This document shows, in pieces, positions 17,648-27,747 of a stretch of DNA of 64,000 nucleotides (positions within the stretch are counted from its first letter, which is position 1; each line of letters opens with the position of its first letter). This stretch comes from a virus. Its lineage: Duplodnaviria > Caudoviricetes. Position numbers and translations under genes: made by a program. Below the pieces are notes generated by a model. The model did no database searches and was not told the origin of the DNA. It saw nothing but the letters and a program-made list of their open reading frames with translations. The stretch is from positions 1,424-65,423 of IMG/VR virus record IMGVR_UViG_3300048837_000795, one strand, 5' to 3'.

Positions 17648-18886
17648 ATGTTACAAACAACCGATCCAAAAACCAGTATCTCCGACCTGACCGGCCTCGC
17701 GCCCGAGCAGATCGGCGCGCAGTATTTACAGGTTGACGTGCTCAAGCAGGAAGGCGTTTTGATCAACCTGGATATCGCCGGCAGCAGCATGTTTGTCTGC
17801 GGCGCAGACTGGGGCGAGCTGGGGGTGAGCGGCGACTCGACCCGCGCCGCGCGCATGACCCCGGGCCGCAAATTCCTATACCCCAAAGCCGCGGTAAACA
17901 AAATCAACAGCGTGGTCACCAGCATGCGCCAGGCATTGGAGCGTTACTCCTACGACCTGACCGGCTTCCGGCCCTCGCGTTATATGCACTATAAGGTTTA
18001 CGGCCACTGGCGCAAGGAATGGGACCAGCTCCTGGAGCGCTTCAACGCGGTCAAGGCGGAGCTGATCGCCATGCACGACCAGGCGGTTGATGAGCTGGCC
18101 GACGAATTCCGCTCAATCGCCGCCGAGGCCTGGGCTGCCAACGGGCACCAGCCGCTCTTTTTCAAGGGCGTCAAATACTCGGACCTGGACGAATTCACCG
18201 ACGCGGTCGTGGCCCGAGTGCTGTCAAAGATGCCCGACGTGGAAACGATCGAGGCCGGCATGCACGCTGATTACCGCGTATCGATGCTCTACGGCCTGGA
18301 AGAGATTGCCCGGGCCGAGGCCAACGCTACCCGCATCCGCGAACAGGCCGAGGCTGAGCTGGCAAAGGCGAAGGACGAACAGCAAGCCGCGTACCTCAAC
18401 AGCGCTATTCTCCAGGAGCAATACAACCACCAGGAACGTATGCTGCGGCTGGAAGAGCAGGAGAAAGAACTGGCGATCGAGGCCATGATGCACGCCGAAG
18501 CTGAGCACGCTCGTGCTCAGCTGAAAGAAATCGTCAGCCCGTATCAAGAGGTATTCATCGCGCTGCGCAACCAGATCGCGCAGGACGCCACCGAGATGCT
18601 GGCCAGTGTCCAGAAGAACGGATTCTGTAAAGGAAAAATAGCTGAGCGGGGCAGGGGATTGCTTGACCTGTACGAGCTGATGACCATCGGCGAGGACGCC
18701 ACGCTGCGGGGCCGGCTGGTCGAGCTGCGCAACGCCATCGGCACGATCGGCGATGACCGGCCCAAAGACGCTGCCCCGCGCGATACCGCGCAGGTTGTTT
18801 CCGCGCTGGAGTCGATCCGCGAACTGGCTCATTCAGCCGCGCAGGACCTGGCTGCCGGACCGTCAAGATTTTCATTTTTGGAATAA
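17648..18886 (+). CDS. Coiled-coil protein, possibly DUF3150-like
   Basis: GVLINLDI..LG..PGRKFLYPK..helical remainder; family call tentative. Confidence 0.6.
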   Translation: MLQTTDPKTSISDLTGLAPEQIGAQYLQVDVLKQEGVLINLDIAGSSMFVCGADWGELGVSGDSTRAARMTPGRKFLYPKAAVNKINSVVTSMRQALERYSYDLTGFRPSRYMHYKVYGHWRKEWDQLLERFNAVKAELIAMHDQAVDELADEFRSIAAEAWAANGHQPLFFKGVKYSDLDEFTDAVVARVLSKMPDVETIEAGMHADYRVSMLYGLEEIARAEANATRIREQAEAELAKAKDEQQAAYLNSAILQEQYNHQERMLRLEEQEKELAIEAMMHAEAEHARAQLKEIVSPYQEVFIALRNQIAQDATEMLASVQKNGFCKGKIAERGRGLLDLYELMTIGEDATLRGRLVELRNAIGTIGDDRPKDAAPRDTAQVVSALESIRELAHSAAQDLAAGPSRFSFLE

Positions 18887-18896
18887 GGGGAATCGC

Positions 18897-19301
18897 ATGG
18901 ACTATCCTGAAATCGCGTACGACGAAATCAAGCATTCCATCCCCGACGGCCTGGCCGAGCGGGTGCTGGCTGAGCTGCAAAAGCACGTCGGCAAGGATAA
19001 CCGCATCTCACGCCTGGCGCTGGTCGAGTCTACCTGCAACGTGCATTTAGAGCGCTCAGCGCTGGCCAACAGCACCTATGACCGGCAGGTGCGCCTCGTG
19101 CTGGATGAGCTGCAAGGGCGTTACCCGATTCTTTCATCCTCGGGCGCCGGCGGCTACTACTACGCATCCAGTGCCGACGAAATCGCCGCGTATGCCGCTG
19201 AGCTCAACAGCCGGGCGATGAAGCTGCTCAACAAATCAAAGCGGTTGGTACGCCAGGCAAAGCGCTTCCAGCGCGATGTGCAGATGGGGCTGGGGATATG
19301 A
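18897..19301 (+). CDS. Winged-HTH phage protein
   Basis: HVGKDNRISR..DRQVR..YPILSSSGAGGYY. Confidence 0.65.
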   Translation: MDYPEIAYDEIKHSIPDGLAERVLAELQKHVGKDNRISRLALVESTCNVHLERSALANSTYDRQVRLVLDELQGRYPILSSSGAGGYYYASSADEIAAYAAELNSRAMKLLNKSKRLVRQAKRFQRDVQMGLGI

Positions 19302-19486
19302 AAGACAAGATCCTCGAATACTGTTCAATCTGCGACGCGCCGCTGGACGCCGATAACTGCTACGGCACGGATGATTACCCGCTCTGCCGTGAGCATCACG
19401 AAAAGTTTTATGACGCGGTCGATTTTATGTTAACGCTGTCTGGGCATGAAAAGGCAGCGCCGGTTCAGCTCAGCCTGGAGATTTAA
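19298..19486 (+). CDS. Small Zn-finger protein
   Basis: CSIC...CREH. Confidence 0.55.
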   Translation: MKDKILEYCSICDAPLDADNCYGTDDYPLCREHHEKFYDAVDFMLTLSGHEKAAPVQLSLEI

Positions 19487-19488
19487 CC

Positions 19489-19725
19489 ATGACCCACAAA
19501 ATGATCCTAGACACCCACACGCCCGACTCTGCCCCGCTTGAATTCTACTGCCCGACCTGCGGCCGGCGCATCCAGATCACTACCCAGCCGGCCGGCAGAG
19601 TCGTGCTGGTGCCAGGCGACGCCAATGCCCAGCACGTGGGCGGCGTGGGCGTCGAGATCCAGGCCGAGATCACCGACCCATATCTGGCAGTCTGGGAGGC
19701 GTATCTCAAGGATAAGCTGGCATGA
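19489..19725 (+). CDS. Small hypothetical protein
   Basis: CPTCGRRI; in operon. Confidence 0.55.
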   Translation: MTHKMILDTHTPDSAPLEFYCPTCGRRIQITTQPAGRVVLVPGDANAQHVGGVGVEIQAEITDPYLAVWEAYLKDKLA

Positions 19726-19922
19726 TCTGCGCTGAGCGCAACCGGCTGATCGACAAAACCCGGGCCGATCCAAAGGCGATCAACGAGCTGCGCTCTCACA
19801 TTGCCGGCTGCCCGGAGTGCCTGGATTTTATCCGGTCCTTTCCAGCCGATGGCCCGCCGCCGCCGGAAGAGCCAGAGCCTGGCCATGCGCCGGCGGTGAT
19901 CGGGCAGATAGCCATCGAATAG
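19722..19922 (+). CDS. Small protein with anti-sigma-like zinc motif
   Basis: C-x(n)-HIAGCPEC (HxxxCxxC). Confidence 0.5.
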   Translation: MICAERNRLIDKTRADPKAINELRSHIAGCPECLDFIRSFPADGPPPPEEPEPGHAPAVIGQIAIE

Positions 19923-19951
19923 CTTAAGTTTTTGCCGCGAAACCGGTTTTA
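19923..19951 (+). promoter_or_regulatory. 29-bp putative middle promoter
   Basis: CTTAAGTTTTTGCCGCGAAACCGGTTTTA. Confidence 0.8.
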
Positions 19952-19971
19952 GATCAGAGGAAAAATTACCT

Positions 19972-22410
19972 ATGATGACCTACGAAGAATATCTAGCAAG
20001 CAAAGTCACCAAAACGGAAATATCAGGATTTGAAGTGTCACTAGAGGCGCTCCATCCGATCCTGAAAGGTTGGCAGAAAGTCATTGTCCAGCATGCGCTC
20101 AAGATGGGTAAATACGCGCTGTTGGAAAATACCGGACTGGGTAAGACCTTGCAATATGGCGAATGGGCTAAGCACGTGGCTGCGCACACCGGTATGAAAG
20201 TGCTGATTGTTACCCCGCTTTCCGTGGCTGATCAAACGATACGCGAGCTCGATAAGAAGCTCCAGGTGGCCGCGCGCTACTGCCGGTCACAGGAAGAGGC
20301 CGAGTCGTGCGAAGAGCAGATCATCGTTACCAATTACGACATGCTCAAGGTGTTTGACCCGGAATACTTTTCCGGCCTGGTCCTGGATGAGTCAAGCATT
20401 CTTAAAAGCTACATGGGCAAGCTCAAGCAGTACATCCTGGAAACCTTCGCCAATACGCCCTATAAGCTGGCCTGCACCGCTACCGCCGCGCCAAACGATC
20501 ACATGGAATACGGCAATCATGCCGAATTTATCGATGCGATGAGCTCGACCGATGTTTTGCAGCGCTTTTTCATCAACGACACGATGGAGGCCGGCGGCTA
20601 TCGCTTGCTGGGATGGGCCGACACGACCAAGCCAATGGGGTTTTGGACGTGGCTTTCTTCATGGGCTGCCTGCATTTCTAAGCCGTCCGATATTCCAGGC
20701 TTTACCGATGATGACTTTGTTTTGCCTAACCTGGTAATCCACGAGGAAGTCGTTTCGATCGACCATACCCGCGCCTTCGATCAAGGGCAGCTCGTGATCT
20801 CGGGCAAGCTCAGCGCCACGGGCGTATGGAAGGAAAAGGCCCTTACGCTGGAAGATCGTTGCATCCGCGCGCGTGAGGTATACGACCGCATCCAGACGCA
20901 TGAGCCGGTCGTTGTCTGGTGCCAGACGAACGATGAAGCTGATCGACTGGTGCAGCTCTTCCCTGATTTTGTCGAGGTGCGCGGGGAAGAAAAGCGCGAG
21001 GTAAAGCTGGCCAAGCTGCGCGATTTTGGAGACGGCAAATATCCCGGAATTATTACCAAAGCCGAGATCGCCGGCTACGGCATGAACTGGCAGCACGCCG
21101 GCAATCATATCTTTGTTGGGGTAACGTACTCATTCGAGGATTTTTACCAGTCGATTCGCCGCTCTTACCGCTATATGCGCGAGGGCGATGTGCATGCCTG
21201 GCTGATCTATGCGGAAACCGAGGGCAATGTGCGCAAGGCCCTGGAGATGAAACAAAAAGAGTATGACCGCATGCAATCCCGCATGAATGAGGCCATGCGC
21301 ATTTATGGACTCGACCGGGCAGTAGACCGCAAGCAGGCCAATATTGAGATCGACGAAGATGTGGCCAGCGGGGAGGGATGGACGAATTATTTAGGTGACT
21401 GCGTTCTGACCGCCCGTAAACATATTGCCGCCGATAGTGTTGACTTCTCTATCTTCTCGCCGCCATTCGCTGAGCTTTACCGCTACACCGACAAAGTCGC
21501 CGATATGGGCAACGTAGCCAATATGGACGAATTCTTTGAGGGGTTTGATTATATGATCCACGAGCTGTACCGGGTGATCAAACCGGGCCGGCTGGTCGCT
21601 GTGCACTGCAAAGACCTTCCCCTGTACATGAACCGTGACGCGGCCGCCGGGCTGCGCGACTTTCCCGGTGAGATCGTCAATCATTTCCAGAAATACCAGT
21701 ACGATCGTGACCATATCCCCAGCGAAGACCCGCAGTACAAAAACCGGCGCTGGATCCTGCACTCAAAGGTCACGATCTGGAAAGATCCGGTCATCGAAAT
21801 GCAGCGCACGAAAAACCACGGCCTGTTGTGGAAAAACTTCATGGAGCGCGGAGAGGTCGTGCGCCAGGGCATGGCAGATTATCTGTATGTTTTCCGCAAG
21901 TGGGTGGATATGGACGAAATGCCAGACAAGCAAATTCAGCGCGTTATGAAAGCGCCTGGCTTTCACGATGGCGAAGATGAGCATGTTTTTATCGGCGAAA
22001 ACCCGCCCTTGCGTTTCGATGGTGACCGTGACTACTCGATCCAGGTATGGCAGAAATACGCTTCGCCGGTCTGGGATGATATCCGTCAGACCAATGTGCT
22101 CAACGGCCGCATTGCCCGCGAGGACCGCGACCAGAAACATATCTGCCCGCTTCAGCTCGACGTGATCGACCGCGGGATCGACCTGTGGACAAACCCCGGC
22201 GATCTGGTATATGACCCTTATAACGGGGTTGGGTCCACCACCAGCAGGGCTGTGCAAATGCACCGGCGCGCGGTTGGGAGTGAGCTCAAGAAAACCTATT
22301 GGAAGCTGGGCAACAAACACAATAAACAGGCCGAGCAGGAAGCGCGAAACGTGGACCTCTTTGCCTACGCCGCGTCGCTGCCCATCGAAGAACAGGCCGC
22401 CGCAGATTAG
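19972..22410 (+). CDS. SNF2-like helicase fused to an N4C/N6A DNA methyltransferase
   Basis: TGLGKT, LDESS, TATAAPND, GYGMNWQ, QSIRRSYR; then FSPPF, HICPLQL, NPGDLVYDPYNGVGST. Confidence 0.88.
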   Translation: MMTYEEYLASKVTKTEISGFEVSLEALHPILKGWQKVIVQHALKMGKYALLENTGLGKTLQYGEWAKHVAAHTGMKVLIVTPLSVADQTIRELDKKLQVAARYCRSQEEAESCEEQIIVTNYDMLKVFDPEYFSGLVLDESSILKSYMGKLKQYILETFANTPYKLACTATAAPNDHMEYGNHAEFIDAMSSTDVLQRFFINDTMEAGGYRLLGWADTTKPMGFWTWLSSWAACISKPSDIPGFTDDDFVLPNLVIHEEVVSIDHTRAFDQGQLVISGKLSATGVWKEKALTLEDRCIRAREVYDRIQTHEPVVVWCQTNDEADRLVQLFPDFVEVRGEEKREVKLAKLRDFGDGKYPGIITKAEIAGYGMNWQHAGNHIFVGVTYSFEDFYQSIRRSYRYMREGDVHAWLIYAETEGNVRKALEMKQKEYDRMQSRMNEAMRIYGLDRAVDRKQANIEIDEDVASGEGWTNYLGDCVLTARKHIAADSVDFSIFSPPFAELYRYTDKVADMGNVANMDEFFEGFDYMIHELYRVIKPGRLVAVHCKDLPLYMNRDAAAGLRDFPGEIVNHFQKYQYDRDHIPSEDPQYKNRRWILHSKVTIWKDPVIEMQRTKNHGLLWKNFMERGEVVRQGMADYLYVFRKWVDMDEMPDKQIQRVMKAPGFHDGEDEHVFIGENPPLRFDGDRDYSIQVWQKYASPVWDDIRQTNVLNGRIAREDRDQKHICPLQLDVIDRGIDLWTNPGDLVYDPYNGVGSTTSRAVQMHRRAVGSELKKTYWKLGNKHNKQAEQEARNVDLFAYAASLPIEEQAAAD

Positions 22411-22424
22411 CGGCGGTCTGTTTT

Positions 22425-22452
22425 CTTTGGAATTATCTTAGTAAGTCTATAG
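22425..22452. repeat. 11-6-11 site (copy 4)
   Basis: CTTTGGAATTA TCTTAG TAAGTCTATAG. Confidence 0.7.
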
Positions 22453-22464
22453 GAGTGCTTATAT

Positions 22465-22722
22465 ATGAAGAACCCTCAGTTAAAGCCTGAAATTGCTCAA
22501 TCCGTGAGTGACGCCGTTGCGGCAATTCAAAAACTTTTCTTCGAAGAGTCGCAAGAACCCCCGCGCAAAGCAAGCATGCCCGAGCGGGTTAGAGCGCGCC
22601 TGTACTACGTCATGTATGACGTGTTTTACTGGATCACCTATTTTGTGTGGTCTTTTTTCGCCGGCATTATTGACGGTGTGAAAGATGCTGTCGGGGCGGT
22701 AAACGTAAAGAGGGACGTATGA
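22465..22722 (+). CDS. Hypothetical protein
   Basis: AGGAG RBS. Confidence 0.55.
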   Translation: MKNPQLKPEIAQSVSDAVAAIQKLFFEESQEPPRKASMPERVRARLYYVMYDVFYWITYFVWSFFAGIIDGVKDAVGAVNVKRDV

Positions 22723-23867
22723 AGAGCCAGCCCTCACTGTTCGAAGGCATGAGAATGGATTTGAATTCATCCATCGAATTAAGCATACAGAGTCTGGCGT
22801 CATACGGGAGTAGCTACCGGCATTGGGCGGTTGCTTATAGCGGCGGCAAGGACTCGACCGCTACAGCCGCATTTGTCGCCTGGGCAATCAAGGAGCGCCT
22901 TGTTCCGGCGCCGGAAACCCTGACTTTTTTGTATGCAGACACTCGTATGGAGCTCCCTCCGCTGCAACAAGGCGCGATGCGGCTGCTTGACGCGATGCGG
23001 CGCGATGGCTTCGAGGCGCAAGTTGTTCTGCCTACTCTCAACGAGCGGTTTTTTGTCTATATGCTGGGCCGTGGCGTTCCACCGCCCAAAAACCGATTCC
23101 GGTGGTGCACGGTCCAGATAAAGGTCGAGCCTATGCAGGCGGCGCTGGCCGGCTTACGAGAGCAGGCAGGGGAGAAGTTATTGATGCTGACCGGAGTGCG
23201 CATGGGCGAAAGCGCCGCGCGCGATCAGAGAATTGCCTTAAGCTGCTCGAAGGACTCGGGCGAGTGCGGTCAGGGATGGTTCCAAACCGCTACGGATAGC
23301 GCGATAGCTGACACTCTTGCGCCCCTGCTGCACTGGCGATTGTGCCATGTTTATGACTGGCTTTACCTAGATGACCGGCACAAATACGACGTGAGCGGGA
23401 TTGCGGCTATCTATGGCGATGAGGACGTGCGCACTGGCTGCGCTGGATGCAATCTTGTCGATCGAGACACGGCATTGGAGCGGCTGGTAAAAAATCCAGC
23501 ATGGGCACATATCGCACCGCTTCTTGAGCTCAAGCCGCTGTACAGGGAGCTGACAAAATCAAAATGGCGAAAGCGCAAGGCCGAGCCGGAATTGCGCAAG
23601 GACGGCAAGTATTCCAAAAACGGGCAGCGCATGGGGCCGCTGACAATGGCCGGGCGTAAGTTTGGCCTGGATAAAGTGCTAGACATACAGCGACGGGCCG
23701 GGGTTGACCTGATCAACGCAGAGGAAGAGGCCGCTATCCGTGAAATGTGGCAGACCAATACTTGGCCGAATAAGTGGTCAGATCAAGATATTGATGCAAA
23801 TAAGCCCATCGATCTTGCTATCTCGGATGGCAGTCGAATTATCAGACAGGCCCTATTGGTAAGGTAG
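22719..23867 (+). CDS. PAPS reductase family (DndC-like) protein
   Basis: AYSGGKDS PP-loop, DTRME, RWCT..KVEP, GVRMGES..R, RTGCAGC. Confidence 0.85.
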   Translation: MKSQPSLFEGMRMDLNSSIELSIQSLASYGSSYRHWAVAYSGGKDSTATAAFVAWAIKERLVPAPETLTFLYADTRMELPPLQQGAMRLLDAMRRDGFEAQVVLPTLNERFFVYMLGRGVPPPKNRFRWCTVQIKVEPMQAALAGLREQAGEKLLMLTGVRMGESAARDQRIALSCSKDSGECGQGWFQTATDSAIADTLAPLLHWRLCHVYDWLYLDDRHKYDVSGIAAIYGDEDVRTGCAGCNLVDRDTALERLVKNPAWAHIAPLLELKPLYRELTKSKWRKRKAEPELRKDGKYSKNGQRMGPLTMAGRKFGLDKVLDIQRRAGVDLINAEEEAAIREMWQTNTWPNKWSDQDIDANKPIDLAISDGSRIIRQALLVR

Positions 23868-23871
23868 CCCC

Positions 23872-24309
23872 ATGACAACCCAACCCATCCCTAACGTCTC
23901 CAGCCTGACCCCGCTGGAAGGGGAGCGCTACCAGTACCGCGCCTGCCCGCGCTGCAACGGGGTTTTCCGCTGCTCAACCGGCAACGCCTATGATCTGTGC
24001 CAGGCCTGCCAGACAGCGACCAAGCTGCCAAAGATCGACAAACGCAAGCACGTTGAGACCGGCAACGGAATCCCCTTTACCCTCACCTATGACCCGACCG
24101 GGGATTTCCCCGCCGGCAGCACCTTCGACGTGCCCGACTTCGCTTTCTCGCTGTTGACCGGAGTCTGGCCCATCGGCGCGATATTCGAGCGCGACGGCAG
24201 CACCTATACCGTAACTGGCATCGGCGAGATGGTCGACCAGGACGGCCGGCCGCGCTACGCCACAACGCAGCGAATCCGCAAGACGAAAAAGCGGGAAAAG
24301 AAAAAATGA
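23872..24309 (+). CDS. Zn-finger hypothetical protein
   Basis: CPRC...CQAC. Confidence 0.55.
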   Translation: MTTQPIPNVSSLTPLEGERYQYRACPRCNGVFRCSTGNAYDLCQACQTATKLPKIDKRKHVETGNGIPFTLTYDPTGDFPAGSTFDVPDFAFSLLTGVWPIGAIFERDGSTYTVTGIGEMVDQDGRPRYATTQRIRKTKKREKKK

Positions 24310-24611
24310 AATATTACCTTTACTCGAATATTACCGGCTGTCACCCGTCCTGGACGGTGGCTGTGCTTGCGGTGAGTCGAAGCGATGCAAATCAGCGCAT
24401 CAACGGCCCGATGTGGCGCGGTGGGAAATTCGCCGGCGAAGTAGAGTCCGGAAATGTCAAGGCCGATTGCGGGGATGTGACGGAAAAAGCAGGAGCTATT
24501 TTGCATGAACAGCTCGAAGAAGAGTATCTAAGAGCAAAGGCTGTCCAGGCGCGACTTACCAGAGCACTGGGCAGGGAGCCGACTTTGATGGAAACGGTGA
24601 ATTCCTTATGA
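24306..24611 (+). CDS. Hypothetical protein
   Basis: Coupled ORF. Confidence 0.55.
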   Translation: MKYYLYSNITGCHPSWTVAVLAVSRSDANQRINGPMWRGGKFAGEVESGNVKADCGDVTEKAGAILHEQLEEEYLRAKAVQARLTRALGREPTLMETVNSL

Positions 24612-25327
24612 TCACGTTGATCCCCCTCGACCGCAAAGGCATTGCCTGGACGCAGCGGGTCGTCACTGAATATCACTACCTGCATAAGCCAGTTGATGCG
24701 CGCTGCTCCGTCGAGGGGTACGAAATCCAGCTGTCAAACTATGGGTTTGCCGGCGTGCTGCTGTTTGGGCGTCCTCAAGCAACGAAGTGCCGGGACTGGT
24801 ACGGCTCGGTCGAAGATGCGCAGGCCGGGCGATGCGAAGTGACTCGCTGGCAGGTGCTCAATCTGGCCCGGGTCTGGATTTGTCCCGAATTCCAACCGGG
24901 CGGAGCGCATTGGGAATATTGGAAAGAAAACGGCGGTAATACGGCGCTGCGCTATTACCTTCCGGGCTTTGTGGATCGCAAAGACGTCTTTCGCTCTACC
25001 CTGGCCAGCGACGTGCTCAGGCTGGCAGCGGCGCAGATTGGCCTTGATTATCTTCTACGCCGGCCGCCCTGCTTTCTGGAAGAGCCTTACGAGATCCGCT
25101 GGCTGCTCTCATACTGCGATACCCGACTGCACAAAGGCACGATCTACCAGGCCGCCGGCTTCGAGCTGTATAGCACAAACGATGACGGCATTCAGACCTG
25201 GCGCATCCAGCTGCCCGCCCTGACTGACGATCAAGATAACCAGGTGCGGCAGGCCTCGCTGATCTCCCCACGCTCCAACCGGTACCGAGCACAAAGATCC
25301 CAGCTCACGTTTGATTTTTCCGCTTAA
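24608..25327 (+). CDS. Mom-like (GNAT-fold) DNA modification protein
   Basis: YHYLH, LNLARVW, LLSYCD..HKGTIYQAAGF resemble Mu Mom family motifs. Confidence 0.7.
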   Translation: MITLIPLDRKGIAWTQRVVTEYHYLHKPVDARCSVEGYEIQLSNYGFAGVLLFGRPQATKCRDWYGSVEDAQAGRCEVTRWQVLNLARVWICPEFQPGGAHWEYWKENGGNTALRYYLPGFVDRKDVFRSTLASDVLRLAAAQIGLDYLLRRPPCFLEEPYEIRWLLSYCDTRLHKGTIYQAAGFELYSTNDDGIQTWRIQLPALTDDQDNQVRQASLISPRSNRYRAQRSQLTFDFSA

Positions 25328-25351
25328 TTTTTCCGCGCGAACCCGGTTATA
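25323..25351 (+). promoter_or_regulatory. 29-bp putative middle promoter (variant)
   Basis: CTTAATTTTTCCGCGCGAACCCGGTTATA. Confidence 0.7.
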
Positions 25352-25370
25352 GATCAGGAGAACAAACACC

Positions 25371-25598
25371 ATGAAAGAAATATCACGTCTTATGGCTGCG
25401 GTGGGTTATGTTGCCGGCATTTACGGCGTACTCGCCATTATCTATGCCTTCTACATGGCCAGCGAGACTACCAAGATCATCGGCTACACCGGCGGCTGGG
25501 TTGCGTGGGGTATGCTGTACGGCGCAGCCCCGGTGCTGGTGGGGGCTTTGCTGCTCTTTGCCTCGGATTGGGTCTTTATGGCCGGGAGGATGAAATGA
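25371..25598 (+). CDS. Two-TM membrane protein
   Basis: AGGAG RBS, hydrophobic. Confidence 0.65.
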   Translation: MKEISRLMAAVGYVAGIYGVLAIIYAFYMASETTKIIGYTGGWVAWGMLYGAAPVLVGALLLFASDWVFMAGRMK

Positions 25599-26281
25599 AA
25601 TCACTGGGCATAATCCTGCTGATTGGCGGGATGGCCGGCACCGGCATATCCTCGCAGGTGATACCAGGCCCCAACCCGGAGTGGGCGCTGCAAATGCAGT
25701 GCTGGTCACCGGCCGCGTTTCTCGCCGGCTGCCTGCTGCTGCTGCTGTTTTGCCCAAAGCCCGATCGGGGACCGCTGGGCGTCTTCCTGCTTCTCGCTGG
25801 CGCGCTGGGCCTCGCAATCTCGGGCGGCGTGTTCACCGATATCAATAACGATACCCGCGCCGTGATATGGGTGATCTACTCTTTCGTCGCCATCGTCGTC
25901 GGCCTGCTGCTGATCGTATGGCCCTATGGCGAGGTCGAAATGCGGCGCGAGGAAGCCATGCCCGACGGTGGCTGGGATGGTACCAGGCGCGAGTATGTAG
26001 AACGCCAGCCGGCGACGATCCGGGAGGAAGATTTGACGCCCGTGTTTAAAGGCGGGCTGTTCGGCGGCCTGTTTGGCGGGTTGTACACCACCGAGCCGGC
26101 CCCCGAGAACAGGCTGGAGTCTGCGCAGGTCGAAAATCTACCGGCCGGCGATACCTTCATCGATGTTAAATACCGGGACGCGAACCCGGCCCAGCTGCAA
26201 GACTACAACGCTGAGGAAGTCGGCTCAGCGACCTGGCTGCACCCACGCCGGGTGGAAAACGAAGAGCAAAGGCGGTGGTGA
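25595..26281 (+). CDS. Membrane protein (about four TM) with acidic tail
   Basis: ATGA overlap; hydrophobic N-terminal half. Confidence 0.65.
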   Translation: MKSLGIILLIGGMAGTGISSQVIPGPNPEWALQMQCWSPAAFLAGCLLLLLFCPKPDRGPLGVFLLLAGALGLAISGGVFTDINNDTRAVIWVIYSFVAIVVGLLLIVWPYGEVEMRREEAMPDGGWDGTRREYVERQPATIREEDLTPVFKGGLFGGLFGGLYTTEPAPENRLESAQVENLPAGDTFIDVKYRDANPAQLQDYNAEEVGSATWLHPRRVENEEQRRW

Positions 26282-26284
26282 GAA

Positions 26285-26575
26285 ATGAGCGACTTTTACC
26301 CCGGCTGCCATATCCCGATCGATGACAACGAGATTTATACCGGGTCGGGATACCGGCCTCAGCGGCCCGCGACCTGGGACAGGAATCCCGACCGGCTGCG
26401 CGTGCTGCCCGACTGCCGCCCGAGCCCGGCCACACTGCCGGCCGCCGCGCCGCAACCAGCAAAGTCGGCCTCGTGGAAAGAGGTTTTTGACCAGCTCCTG
26501 GCGCTGGAGATCAAAGCCCCGGCAGCGCCGGCCAGCACACCAGAACAACCGTCACGATTTGCATTGTTGGAATGA
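26285..26575 (+). CDS. Hypothetical protein
   Basis: In operon; C-terminus SRFALLE resembles SRFSFLE of 17648..18886. Confidence 0.55.
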   Translation: MSDFYPGCHIPIDDNEIYTGSGYRPQRPATWDRNPDRLRVLPDCRPSPATLPAAAPQPAKSASWKEVFDQLLALEIKAPAAPASTPEQPSRFALLE

Positions 26576-26584
26576 GAGGGTGAT

Positions 26585-27148
26585 ATGAGCGAAATCGAAT
26601 TGAAACCGTGTCCGCTTTGCGGAAAGCCGGCCGAGTCACGCAGTAATGGAAAACTTGCGGCTTGCTCTAATCAGTTGTGCTGGTGGGCAATGGACGTTCC
26701 TGTTAAGTATTGGAACACTCGCCCCATCGAAGACGCCATTACCAAGCGCGCAGAGCGGGCGGAAGCGGCGAATGAGTGTCAGATCGCAGCAACGAAACGC
26801 ATGGGTGAAATCGCGCAAGAATTTTCCAACCGTGCACTACAGGCGTATGCGGAACTGAAAGCGGTCAAGGCCGAACTGGCCGATTACAAGGCCAGCTACC
26901 AGCGCGTGCTGGATGAGCAGTGTGGGGAAGATGAACAACACTGCACCTGCGTGCCGGCGCTGCGCATCGCACTGAAAGCGGCCCAGGAAGATGCTAACCG
27001 GCTGGCTGATGCGCTGACTAACCTGAATAGAGCGTGCTGGCTTGCAGATATAGATGGGGATCTGAGCGCCTGGATTGATGGATCGATGCTCACCGATAGC
27101 GACTCCGCCATCGCTGCCCACAACGCCCTGAAAGGCCCGCAGCCATGA
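26585..27148 (+). CDS. Lar-like (restriction alleviation) Zn-ribbon protein with coiled coil
   Basis: ELKPCPLCG...C..C..WNTR. Confidence 0.65.
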   Translation: MSEIELKPCPLCGKPAESRSNGKLAACSNQLCWWAMDVPVKYWNTRPIEDAITKRAERAEAANECQIAATKRMGEIAQEFSNRALQAYAELKAVKAELADYKASYQRVLDEQCGEDEQHCTCVPALRIALKAAQEDANRLADALTNLNRACWLADIDGDLSAWIDGSMLTDSDSAIAAHNALKGPQP

Positions 27149-27390
27149 CTCCCGCCGATTGGGCCCTTGTTTACCGCGTCGCCGCGCTGCTGTTCGTCCT
27201 GCTGGCCTGGTATGCCATATTCGTGGCAGTTATCTTCCTGTTTTTGGAGGCGCTCCGTGGAAAACACAGTTGACCCTGACGACTCTGCTGGCTGTGCGTG
27301 GCTGCTGCTGGGCATGCTCGTTTACCTGGCCGTCTCTATCGGCGGGTACTTCTTGATCAAGCTTTTGATTGACGCCTATGCGGTGACCGT

Positions 27391-27747
27391 ATGAAAACCT
27401 GTTCTAGCTGCGAACGAAATCTACCAACCCCGCTGGACGAATACGGGCCGGCTGACGCGCCGCTGTGCCTGGGCTGTTTCTTCGACGGCGTGGACCAGGG
27501 CGACCCCACGCGCGAGTTGCAAGAGGCTGAGTGTTACCGGGACTCAATCCTGGCCGACCTGCAGGACCAGCATAACCTAGTTTCCGAAATGGAGACCCAA
27601 GAACAGTACAAAGGTAGCCGCGATCTTTACTACGAGCGCCGGGAATTAGAAGAGCTGAAAGCGCGCTACGACAATGCCTGCCGTCACGCGCAGGCAATCA
27701 AAGACCGGCCATTGCGCCAGTTGAAAGCATGGGGAGGGAAAGCATGA
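27391..27747 (+). CDS. Zn-finger/coiled-coil hypothetical protein
   Basis: CSSC..CLGC. Confidence 0.55.
   Translation: MKTCSSCERNLPTPLDEYGPADAPLCLGCFFDGVDQGDPTRELQEAECYRDSILADLQDQHNLVSEMETQEQYKGSRDLYYERRELEELKARYDNACRHAQAIKDRPLRQLKAWGGKA

Noticed and set aside
22719-23867. Complete Dnd phosphorothioation system
   Set aside because: No dndA/B/D/E or ssp partners were recognised
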